Source of the DNA: a bacterium
Lineage (GTDB): Bacteria > Desulfobacterota > DSWW01
NCBI GenBank assembly: GCA_040756235.1
Contig: JBFLZG010000044.1
Span: 1 to 45,713 of the forward strand
DNA: 45,713 nucleotides
Direction: 5' to 3'
Positions 19,924 to 28,178 of this stretch are shown here, one piece after another. The position numbers and the translations under genes were made by a program. Position 1 is the first letter of the stretch, and each line of letters begins with the position of its first letter. Under the pieces are notes generated by a model. That model saw only the letters and a list, made by a program, of their open reading frames with translations. It was not told the DNA's origin and did not search any database.

Positions 19924-21576
19924 TCAGTGTTGTTTCTCGCACCTGGGCGGCAGCCACTTCACGTTCGGCAGGCAAAAGGAAAACTCCCCGACCTCGCCGC
20001 AGCTGCGACATCGGTACCGCACGACCGCGGACCGGCATTTCACCGACTCCCGGATGTCGGACTCGACTTCGACCGGGCCTCCGCAGACGCACGCCTCGGA
20101 CACGACCAGGACGCAGTCGATCCCTTCGATCGATTCCTCCCGCACCGAGAACTTCCCCAGACCGAACTGCTCCCACTCTTCGAGCAGCCCTCGGTAGAAG
20201 CGCCGGGTCCTCGCGCTGCGCGCGCGCGCGAGCTTTCTGCCGGCAGCGGTCTTCAGCCCTTCCGGTGCGTGATGGGCATAGGTCAGCTCGATGCTGGCGC
20301 GGATCAGCAGCTCGCCGTCCAGGAAGTGACGGCGCAGGGCGTTCTTGGCAAAGAACTGGGCCACGCCCATGTACCCCATCTTGTCCAGCCGGTCCGCATC
20401 GTAGACGACCCTGCCCAGATCGTTCGCCTCGATGTCTTCCCGGTACAGCGAGAGGATCGCCTGCCGGATCTCGGAGAGGTACCGCTCGTAGGGAGTGCCG
20501 GCTAGCAGCGGGCCGGCCGCCACGGCGGCGATCTCCTCTTCCGCCACGCCGCCCTTGTGGTAAATGCCGTCCACGAACTTGCCCGCATCGTGCAGAAGGC
20601 CGGCGAGGAGGGCCGCCCCGGAGTCGATCCCCTCCCTCTCGGCCACCTCATGGGCGATCCTGGCCACCCGAACGCTGTGCGCCCACAGGCTCGACCACTC
20701 CGCATCCGCAACGGCCCGTCGCTGAAAGGCGGTCTCGTGTTCCACCAGCAGGCGCCGGATCTCCTGGACGAGAAACGGCGGCAAAGAGGCGAGCAGGCCG
20801 TCGGCCGACGCTCCCATTTCATTCCTCCAGCCCGGCCGATGAGCCCGCTCACCCTCGTCCCGACTCTCGGACGAGCCGTCGATTCCAGAGCTCTCTGCTG
20901 CTGTCCGCTGAACGGACCGCTCGCTCTCCCCGGTGCTCATCCGGGCGCGGGCTCTCCCGGCGGGCTTGCGAGGCCCCCATCGGCCGTAATCCCGCACGGT
21001 GTTGATGTTCACGAAAGCCGACTCGGCGGCGCCCAGCAGGGATCGAGCGGCGAACCATTCCCGGTCGAGGCGGCGCGTGCGGCAACGCTCCTGAAGGCTC
21101 TCGATCTTGAACCGCCCCGCGTCCAGGTGGTCCCGCATGGCGGCCAGGCAGCTCCTGCGATAGTACGCGTGGAGGTATTCGGGCAGGCCACGCGGGCACG
21201 GCACCACGATATCCTGGTCGTCCAGCTCCTCAAAGGCGGCTCGGATGATCTCTTGCCGCAGAAAGGGCATGTCTGCGGCGCAGGCGAATGCCACCTCGTG
21301 CCGGATCCGCTTGAGGCCGGTGTATATCCCCATGAGCGGGCCGCAGCCCGGCCGCTCGTCTCCGATCTGCGCCAGACCCAGGAACCGGTACTTTTCAGGT
21401 GTGTTCGTGACCAGGAGCAGCTCCTCGAAAATGGACGAGACGACCTCGACCACGCGCACGATGATCGGCCGCCCCTCGATCTCGAGCAGCGGTTTGTCGG
21501 GGCTGAGCCTCCTGCCTTGCCCTCCCGCCAGGATCAGACAAGCCGCATTCAGTTTCTCCGAAGAGGTGGAATCCAT
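19924..21576 (-). CDS. mobA: Molybdenum cofactor guanylyltransferase (MobA) fused to an HD domain and a C-terminal Cys cluster
   Basis: LILAGGQGRR..DK, GPLMGI, ADMPF, FVNINT; then HSVRV, LLHDAGK, DADRLDKMG; then CVCG...CRSC...FCLP. Start 21576 or 21597. Confidence 0.82.
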   Translation of the reverse strand: MDSTSSEKLNAACLILAGGQGRRLSPDKPLLEIEGRPIIVRVVEVVSSIFEELLLVTNTPEKYRFLGLAQIGDERPGCGPLMGIYTGLKRIRHEVAFACAADMPFLRQEIIRAAFEELDDQDIVVPCPRGLPEYLHAYYRRSCLAAMRDHLDAGRFKIESLQERCRTRRLDREWFAARSLLGAAESAFVNINTVRDYGRWGPRKPAGRARARMSTGESERSVQRTAAESSGIDGSSESRDEGERAHRPGWRNEMGASADGLLASLPPFLVQEIRRLLVEHETAFQRRAVADAEWSSLWAHSVRVARIAHEVAEREGIDSGAALLAGLLHDAGKFVDGIYHKGGVAEEEIAAVAAGPLLAGTPYERYLSEIRQAILSLYREDIEANDLGRVVYDADRLDKMGYMGVAQFFAKNALRRHFLDGELLIRASIELTYAHHAPEGLKTAAGRKLARARSARTRRFYRGLLEEWEQFGLGKFSVREESIEGIDCVLVVSEACVCGGPVEVESDIRESVKCRSAVVRYRCRSCGEVGEFSFCLPNVKWLPPRCEKQH

Positions 21577-21681
21577 GGAGCCCTTGATCCATCCCATGGT
21601 TTGGTGTCGGATGTTGTGAGGCCGCGGCAGCGGCCGTGGCAACCCCACCGGATGCCGAAGCACTCCTGCAAACCACGCTTC

Positions 21682-21706
21682 AGGGCGACGCACGCGTCGC
21701 CCCGAC
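21682..21706 (-). repeat. GTAG-type REP palindrome (other copies at 23366-23390, 25571-25595, 31982-32007)
   Basis: GTAGGGGCGACGCATGCGTCGCCC consensus hairpin found only in intergenic positions. Confidence 0.8.
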
Positions 21707-21778
21707 AAGAGTCCCCGGGAAGGAGGTCGCCACGCGATCCTCTGAAATGACCGGAACAGGGACTGGACCCCGGCTTTC

Positions 21779-21988
21779 GAGGCTGTGTCATACATCCGGT
21801 CAGACCCTCGTGCGACCACTCATTCCGGAGGACTCGGAGGCGCGGCCGCATGCTTTCCGTCATTCCGGCGAAGGCCGGAATCCAGTCCCTGCGCCCAGTT
21901 ACCACAGCTGGTCCTGGTGCACCCTTCTGGATCCCGGCTCGCACGCGCTCCGCACATGGGCCGGGATGACGAATTGTGACACAGCCTC
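21779..21988 (+). mobile_element. 210 bp MITE (family 2) inserted in a REP loop
   Basis: Terminal inverted repeats GAGGCTGTGTCA/TGACACAGCCTC, flanked by TTTC on both sides. Excision restores CTGGACCCCGGC-TTTC-GCCGGGGTGACG. Confidence 0.85.
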
Positions 21989-22321
21989 TTTCGCCGGGGT
22001 GACGAAATGAGGACGACCGCGGCTGTCTTTTCGCCCTCTCTGCAGGTTCCTCCGGAATGACGGTTCAGCTCGGCCAGAATACGGGATCCGGTTCGCCTTG
22101 ACAACGCCCCCGGGCCACGCGCATGGGCCGGGCGGCGGCGCAGGATTTCACGTAACCGTCACGCCATTTTCATTTTCCTGAAAGACCCGCCCGTCAACCT
22201 GGTCCGTAATGAACTAACGCGCCTCCGCAGCGGTCTAACGGTCTCTACCGGACCCGACCGCGCGGACCTTCACGGGGATCTCTTCTTCCACAGAGGCCCT
22301 TTCTTCCCGAAGAGGTGACAA

Positions 22322-23353
22322 ATGAGAGCATCCAAGACGGTCCCTTCGACCCCGACGCCTCCCTGCATCGGCAGGGCCAGAATCCTCAGAGATGCGCGCG
22401 ACGCCGGCGCGATCCCCGAGGGGTGGCGAGCGGCCGATCTGCACGTTCACACCTTCTTCTCGTACGACGTCATCCCCGTGTCCTCGAGCGATCCCCTGCG
22501 CCTGTACGAGAAGGCGAGGCAGCGAGGGCTCCACTACCTGTCGTTCACGGACCACGACACGATGGACGCGTACGACCGCGTCGGCTGGCAAAGAGAGGGG
22601 CTCGTGCCGGGCGTGGAGATCAAGATCCTCGACCGGAAGAAGGTGGGCCACACGATCCACGTGAACGTCTTCCTGCTCGATCGGCGCCAGTTCGGGGAGA
22701 TGAAGGCCCTTGTCAGCAAGGACCAGGATATCGAGAATTTTCTGCAGTTCGTCCGTGCGGAGCGGCTGCCGGTCATCTACAATCATCCGTTCTGGTTCGA
22801 GCGCGGGGAGAAACCGAACGTGCCCGCCGTGTTCGAGATCGCCCGGCTGTTCCCGGTGATCGAATACAACCGGGGCCGCATACCGCGTCTCAACCGGCTT
22901 GCCCTGGAGATGGCTGAACGGCACGGAAAGGGGATGGTCGCCTGCTCCGACACGCACACCGGGAGGAATCTGGGGGCCATACGCACCCATGCGCCCGGGG
23001 AGAGCTTCCGCGAATATTTCGAGAACGTCAGCAGAGGCCAGGCCTGCCTGGTCGCCCAGGACATGACGATCCGCGGCCTGGTGGAAGAGGCCAACGAAGG
23101 CATCCGCCAGTTCTTCGGCCGCAATCCGGGCCAGGGGGCGGTTGCGGAATTCGCCGGCAAGTTGGGGCCGACTTACTTGCGCTGGCTCGTGAGGCTGCTC
23201 GCCCGGGACGGGCTGCTCGCCAACAACCGGCTGCGCAGGACAGTGGAAGGGCTTCTCTACGCCCTGTCCAACACGGCGGTCATTCAGTCGCACTACATCC
23301 GTTCGCAGGAGTCGCTCGCCGTGCGCATCGCCGAGCAGTTTCCCATGTCCTGA
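22322..23353 (+). CDS. PHP-domain phosphoesterase-like protein
   Basis: DLHVHT, TDHD, GVE, GHTIH, NHP and SDTH metal-binding motifs; GAGG RBS. Confidence 0.88.
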   Translation: MRASKTVPSTPTPPCIGRARILRDARDAGAIPEGWRAADLHVHTFFSYDVIPVSSSDPLRLYEKARQRGLHYLSFTDHDTMDAYDRVGWQREGLVPGVEIKILDRKKVGHTIHVNVFLLDRRQFGEMKALVSKDQDIENFLQFVRAERLPVIYNHPFWFERGEKPNVPAVFEIARLFPVIEYNRGRIPRLNRLALEMAERHGKGMVACSDTHTGRNLGAIRTHAPGESFREYFENVSRGQACLVAQDMTIRGLVEEANEGIRQFFGRNPGQGAVAEFAGKLGPTYLRWLVRLLARDGLLANNRLRRTVEGLLYALSNTAVIQSHYIRSQESLAVRIAEQFPMS

Positions 23354-23452
23354 TCCGGACCTCTTGTAGGGGCGACGCATGCGTCGCCCTTTCCGGAGGC
23401 GACACCACCACCATGTGGAATCACGCGGTGCAGGGACTGGATTCCGGCCTCC

Positions 23453-23585
23453 GGGGCTGTGTCATATTTCGTCATCCCGGCCCCGCTGCAGAGCGCGTGT
23501 GAGCCGGGATCCAGGAGCCTGGCAAGAAGGTTGGAACCAGGGGCTGGATTCCGGCCTTCGCCGGAATGACGGGAAAGACAGAGCC
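23453..23585 (-). mobile_element. Truncated inverted copy of MITE family 2
   Basis: ggggctgtgtcata terminal repeat directly after a REP half (ctggattccggc-ctcc), followed by the same internal hairpins in reverse orientation. Confidence 0.7.
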
Positions 23586-23604
23586 CCCCCGGATCGACCG
23601 CAAA

Positions 23605-25548
23605 TCAAGGCAGGCAATGCTCGAGGCCCAACTCGCGCAGCTTGCGGCTCGTGGGCGTTCCCGCGCGGACGTCCCAGCCCCGCTCGTCGTAGTAATCGTC
23701 GAGCAAGCGTTCCAGGTCCTGGGCGGTGATCCTGCGCTTGCCGTAGTAGTCCGTCAGCGCCAGCTCTCCGTCCGGCGCGGCGAGCGGCTTCAGCCACACC
23801 TCCGGAAACGCGTCCTCCGTCCGGCCAAAGCCTTCCCTGACGTTGAGCATCTTGTACAGGTTGAAGACCCTCTCGGCGCGCAGCTTCAACTCCTCGGCGC
23901 TCGTCTCGATGCCGGTAGCGGCCGAGTACAGCTCCGCCAGGTTGTGCACGTGGTTCAGATACAGCCCCGAGTGAATCATGCAAGTCCCGAGGCAGTTGAT
24001 GAGGGCGGTGAAATCTTCGGTGTGCCGGGTGTAGCGGCCGACGTTGAAGTCGCCGTAGTAGGGGACCGGCCGGAAGATCCGCTCGATCGCCGCTTCCGGC
24101 ACGCCGAACAGCCCGGCCTCCATGCGGATCTGCTCCAGCGGGAGCTTCGGCACCGCGGTGCCCGAGACTCCGGTGGCGGAATGCCCGCCCCGCGGGCTGG
24201 TGATGCCCATGGTGAACCGCATCGGGTCCAGGGTGGCGGCCCGGGCCGGGTAGATGCAGTCCGTTCCCTTGGCGATGCCGCTGCCTTCGACGTAGTCGGA
24301 GCGCGCGTCCCGGCCCATCCACCTGGAGGCTTCGAACCACCCTTCCGCCAGCCGATCGCCGATTCCGCGGCGGTCGACGATCGCCTGCAGCAGCTCCAGA
24401 TAACCCGGCAGGTCGCGCCGCAGCGCGAGCCCGCCGGTTTCGCGGGCGGAGACGATCTTGTCCCTGAAGCGCCGGGTCACCCAGTCGATGAGGCTGGTCG
24501 CGGTGGTCAGGCAGATGCCGTCGCGGTTCATCCTTTCGACCAGCTTCAACGATGCGCCGACCTCGCGGAGCTCGAGCTTTTGTCCCACGATCGGGACCCA
24601 CAGGTAATGTCCGGTCACGGAATGCACGCCGGCGAATGCCCCGTTCCTGATTTCCAGATCGTCGCCGCAGGCCATCCAGCACTGCGTGCAGGTCAGGTTC
24701 TTCTTGATCGGGGTGCAGTGGTGCTCGCCGTAGAGCTCGTCCCACTCCGCCTTGCTCCACACGCCCGGGTTCATGTTGTGCAGGTAGACCATCTTCCAGC
24801 CGAACTCGGTCAAGTTGCCCATGGGCTTGACGCGGGCTTCATAGTCCTGCCGGATCGCTTTCACTGCGGCGTCGAAGCGGGCGCGGTCCGCGACCGCGAT
24901 CTTCCGGCTGCCCTTGACCACGATGGCTTTGAGCCGCTTGGCGCCCATGACCGCGCCCAGGCCCGCCCGGCCCAGGGTGCTCTTCTTGTCCGTGAGCGCG
25001 ATGGCGAAGCGGCACAGGTTCTCGCCGGCCCTGCCGATCGCGACGACCCCGCAGGAACCGTACCGGCTCTTCAGCTCGTCGGTCGTTTCATAGATGTCCC
25101 GGCTTCCCCACAGCGCGCCGGCCGGGCGCAGCGCAACTCCCTCATCCGAGATCTCCAGCAGCACCGGCTCGCGCGCGCGGCCCGTGATCACCACGTGATC
25201 GTATCCGGCTTTCTTGAGCAGGAATCCGAACCCGCGGCCGCCGCTCACCCCGGTCGTGACGTACGTTCGGCCGTCAGGCGTGGCAGGAAGCGCGTACTTG
25301 CTGGTGGCGAACGTCTTGGTTGCGCCCGGGGCCAGGGTGCCTACCAGGGCGCCGCTGCCGATGATGATGGGGTTTTCCGGCGCCAGAGGGTCGGTACCCG
25401 GCTGGAGCAGCTCCCACAGCAGCCGGTAATTCGGTCCGGAGCCGCCGATGAGCTGCCGGGCCATGTCGGCGGCAAGATCTTCCTGCCGCGTCCCCCCGGT
25501 GGTCAGATCCACGTACAGGATCTTGCCGGCATAGCCGCCGCGTTGCAT
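23605..25548 (-). CDS. Aldehyde:ferredoxin oxidoreductase (AOR/WOR family), paralog 2
   Basis: GYAGKILYVDL, DPLAPENP, LKKAGYD, IGRAGENL, GRAGLGAVMGAKRLKAI, CxxCxxxC and YYDERGWD motifs. ATG 25548 with GGAGG RBS. Confidence 0.92.
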   Translation of the reverse strand: MQRGGYAGKILYVDLTTGGTRQEDLAADMARQLIGGSGPNYRLLWELLQPGTDPLAPENPIIIGSGALVGTLAPGATKTFATSKYALPATPDGRTYVTTGVSGGRGFGFLLKKAGYDHVVITGRAREPVLLEISDEGVALRPAGALWGSRDIYETTDELKSRYGSCGVVAIGRAGENLCRFAIALTDKKSTLGRAGLGAVMGAKRLKAIVVKGSRKIAVADRARFDAAVKAIRQDYEARVKPMGNLTEFGWKMVYLHNMNPGVWSKAEWDELYGEHHCTPIKKNLTCTQCWMACGDDLEIRNGAFAGVHSVTGHYLWVPIVGQKLELREVGASLKLVERMNRDGICLTTATSLIDWVTRRFRDKIVSARETGGLALRRDLPGYLELLQAIVDRRGIGDRLAEGWFEASRWMGRDARSDYVEGSGIAKGTDCIYPARAATLDPMRFTMGITSPRGGHSATGVSGTAVPKLPLEQIRMEAGLFGVPEAAIERIFRPVPYYGDFNVGRYTRHTEDFTALINCLGTCMIHSGLYLNHVHNLAELYSAATGIETSAEELKLRAERVFNLYKMLNVREGFGRTEDAFPEVWLKPLAAPDGELALTDYYGKRRITAQDLERLLDDYYDERGWDVRAGTPTSRKLRELGLEHCLP

Positions 25549-25628
25549 GCCCGAGCCCTCCAATCTCGAAGTAGGGGCGAAAGATCTTTCGCCCCCGGGC
25601 GTGCATTCTTGCCCCTGCGAGATCTGCC

Positions 25629-27578
25629 TCAAGCCTCCGGCGCCATGTGCTCGAGGCCGAGCTGCCTGAGCTTGTCCGCTGTCGGGGTCCCGGTCCGGAT
25701 GTCCCAACCCCGCTCGTCGTAGTAATCGTCGAGCAGGCGTTCCAGGTCCTGAGCGGTGATCTTCCGCTTGCCGTAGCAGTCCGTCAAGGCCTGCTCGCCG
25801 TCAGGTGTGGCGCGCGGCTTTAACCACACCTCCGGGAAGGCGTCCTCGGCCCGGCCGAATCCCTCTCTCACGTTCAGCATCTTGTACAGGTTGAAGACCC
25901 TCTCGGCCCGGAGCTTCAATTCGGCCGGCGTGGTCTCGCAGCCGGTGGCCGCCGCGTAGAGCTCCGCCAGGGCCTGCATGTGGTTCAGACCGAAGGCGGT
26001 GAAGACCGTGCAGGTGCCCAGGCTGTTGACAACGCTGCTCATGTCCTCGGTGTGCCTCGTGTAGCGGGCCACGTTGAAATCGCCATAGTAGGGGACTGGC
26101 CGGAAGATCCGTTCGATCGCCGCTTCCGGAACACCGAACAGCGCCGCCTCCATGCGGATCTGCTCCAGCGGCACCCCCGGGATGGCGGAGCCGGTGATCC
26201 CGGTGACGCCGTGCCCGCCTCGAGGGCTCGTGATTCCCATGGTGAACCGCATGGCGTCGAGCGTGGCGGCCCGGGCCGGATAGATGCAGTCGGTCCCCTT
26301 GGCGATGCCGCTCCCTTCGACGTAGTCGGAGCGGGCGTCCCGGCCCATCCACCTGGAGGCCTCGAACCAGCCTTCGGCAAGCCGATCGCCGATTCCCCGC
26401 CGCTCGACCATCGCTTCCAGCAGCTCCAGATAGCTTGCGAGATCGCGCCGCAGCGCGAGGCCGCCGGCCTGCCGGGAGGAGACGGCCTTCTCCTGATAGC
26501 GCCGGGTCACCCAGTCGATGAGGCTGCTGGCAGTAGTCAGGCAGATGCCGTCGCGGTTCATCCTCTCGATGAGCTTCAAGGACGCGCCGATCTCCGTGAG
26601 CTCGAGCTTCTGCCCTACGATGGGCGCCCACAGGTAATGTCCTGTCTGCGAGTGGACGCCGGCGTATTCCCCTTCCACGATCTCCAGGTCGTCGCCGCAG
26701 TCCATCCAGCAGTGGGCGCAGCTCAGCTTCTTCCGTATCTTCGCGGCCCGGTGCTCCCCGAACCGGTCATCCCATTCCGCCTTGCTCCAGACGCCCGGAT
26801 TCATGCTGTGCAGAAACACCATCTTCCAGGTCGCCGCGGTGAAGCTGCCCAGGGGCTTGACCCTGGCTTCGTACTCCTGCCGCACCGCCTTCAACGCAGC
26901 GTCGAACCTCGGCGGGTCCGCGATCCGGATCTTGCCGCTGCCCGCGACCACGATGGCCTTGAGACGCTTGGCGCCCATGATCGCGCCGAAGCCCGCCCGG
27001 CCCAGGGTGCTCTTCTTGTCGGTCAGGGCCATGCTGAAGCGGCACAGGTTCTCGCCGGCCCTGCCGATCGCGACAACCCCGCAACGACCGTACTTGTCCC
27101 TCAGCTCGTCGGTGGTTTCATAGACGTCGCGGCTCCCCCAGAGTGTGCCGGCCGGCCGGATCGCCGCTCCTGCATCGGAGATCTCCAGCAACACGGGCGC
27201 GCGCGCGCGACCGGTGATCACCACATGATCGTAGCCGGCCTTCTTGAGCAGGAACCCGAACCCGCGGCCGCCGCTCACCCCGGTCGTGACGTAGGTCCGG
27301 CCGTCAGGCGTGGCGGGAAGCGCGAACTTGGCGGTGGCGAGGACCTTGGTGGCCCCCGGCGCCAGGGTGCCCACCAGCGCGCCGCTGCCGATCACGATCG
27401 GGTTCTCGGGCGAAAGCGGGTCGGTGCCGGGCGCGAGCAGGTCCCACAGCAGCCGGTAATTCACCCCCCAACCGCCGATGAACTGCCGGGCCATGTCCCG
27501 GTCCAGGTCTTCGGTCCGGATCGTCTGGGACGTCAGATCGACATGCAGCACCTTGCCGGCAAAGCCGCCTGGTTCCAT
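25629..27578 (-). CDS. Aldehyde:ferredoxin oxidoreductase (AOR/WOR family), paralog 1
   Basis: Same motifs as 23605-25548 with long identical peptide stretches; tandem duplicate. Confidence 0.92.
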   Translation of the reverse strand: MEPGGFAGKVLHVDLTSQTIRTEDLDRDMARQFIGGWGVNYRLLWDLLAPGTDPLSPENPIVIGSGALVGTLAPGATKVLATAKFALPATPDGRTYVTTGVSGGRGFGFLLKKAGYDHVVITGRARAPVLLEISDAGAAIRPAGTLWGSRDVYETTDELRDKYGRCGVVAIGRAGENLCRFSMALTDKKSTLGRAGFGAIMGAKRLKAIVVAGSGKIRIADPPRFDAALKAVRQEYEARVKPLGSFTAATWKMVFLHSMNPGVWSKAEWDDRFGEHRAAKIRKKLSCAHCWMDCGDDLEIVEGEYAGVHSQTGHYLWAPIVGQKLELTEIGASLKLIERMNRDGICLTTASSLIDWVTRRYQEKAVSSRQAGGLALRRDLASYLELLEAMVERRGIGDRLAEGWFEASRWMGRDARSDYVEGSGIAKGTDCIYPARAATLDAMRFTMGITSPRGGHGVTGITGSAIPGVPLEQIRMEAALFGVPEAAIERIFRPVPYYGDFNVARYTRHTEDMSSVVNSLGTCTVFTAFGLNHMQALAELYAAATGCETTPAELKLRAERVFNLYKMLNVREGFGRAEDAFPEVWLKPRATPDGEQALTDCYGKRKITAQDLERLLDDYYDERGWDIRTGTPTADKLRQLGLEHMAPEA

Positions 27579-27633
27579 GGAGATGACCCTCCCGGTCCAT
27601 GTGCCCGCTCGGAGCGTGCTCCATCATGACATG

Positions 27634-27740
27634 CCCTCTCCCCCGACCTCGGGGGAGAGGGTCAGGGTGAGGGGGGAGCAGGAGCAGATTCACCCCTCAT
27701 CCTGACCTTCTCCCCTCGCCGAGGGGAGAAGGAATGAAAG
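27634..27740. repeat. CCCTCACCC/CCTTCTCCCC-GGGGAGAGG palindromic intergenic repeat (other copies at 30052-30157, 39812-39898, 45682-45713)
   Basis: Paired hairpins; cacccctcatcctgaccttctcccctcg.cgaggggagaaggaatgaaag is shared by the copies at ~27691 and ~30108. Confidence 0.85.
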
Positions 27741-27769
27741 GGACGGGCGTGGCAAGCGGCGCCCTGCCC

Positions 27770-28171
27770 TCACCCTCCGGCAATCTTGCGGATCTCCTCG
27801 ACGATCGTCTCCATGGGCGTGCCCGGCCCATAATTGCCTTTGACCCCCATCTTCTCGAGCACCGGCACGTCGTCCGGCAGGATGAGCCCCCCGGCCATGA
27901 CCGGGATGTGGCCGGCCTCGTGTTTCTTCAGCGCCGTCAGGACGCTTTCCGCGATGATCGGCATGCTGCCGGTGTGATCGCTCAAGGCGATGAGGTCCAC
28001 GTCCTCGTCGACCGCCGTCTTGGCCACCGCCTCCGGCATCGCGTACCTTCCCGTGTAGATGACCTCCATCCCGGCGTTGCGGAACGCCCACATCAGGGTC
28101 AGGGGCCCGCGTTCGTGGATGTCGCACCCGACCTTCGCCAGCAGGATCCGGATCTTCTTGCCGCGGTTCAT
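27770..28171 (-). CDS. Cobalamin-binding small subunit of an acyl-CoA mutase
   Basis: RILLAKVGCDIHERG (DxHxxG base-off/His-on motif), GMEVIYTG, EDVDLIALS, AGGLI and GPGT; 7 nt downstream of the large subunit. Confidence 0.93.
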   Translation of the reverse strand: MNRGKKIRILLAKVGCDIHERGPLTLMWAFRNAGMEVIYTGRYAMPEAVAKTAVDEDVDLIALSDHTGSMPIIAESVLTALKKHEAGHIPVMAGGLILPDDVPVLEKMGVKGNYGPGTPMETIVEEIRKIAGG

Positions 28172-28178
28172 GTTCCGT

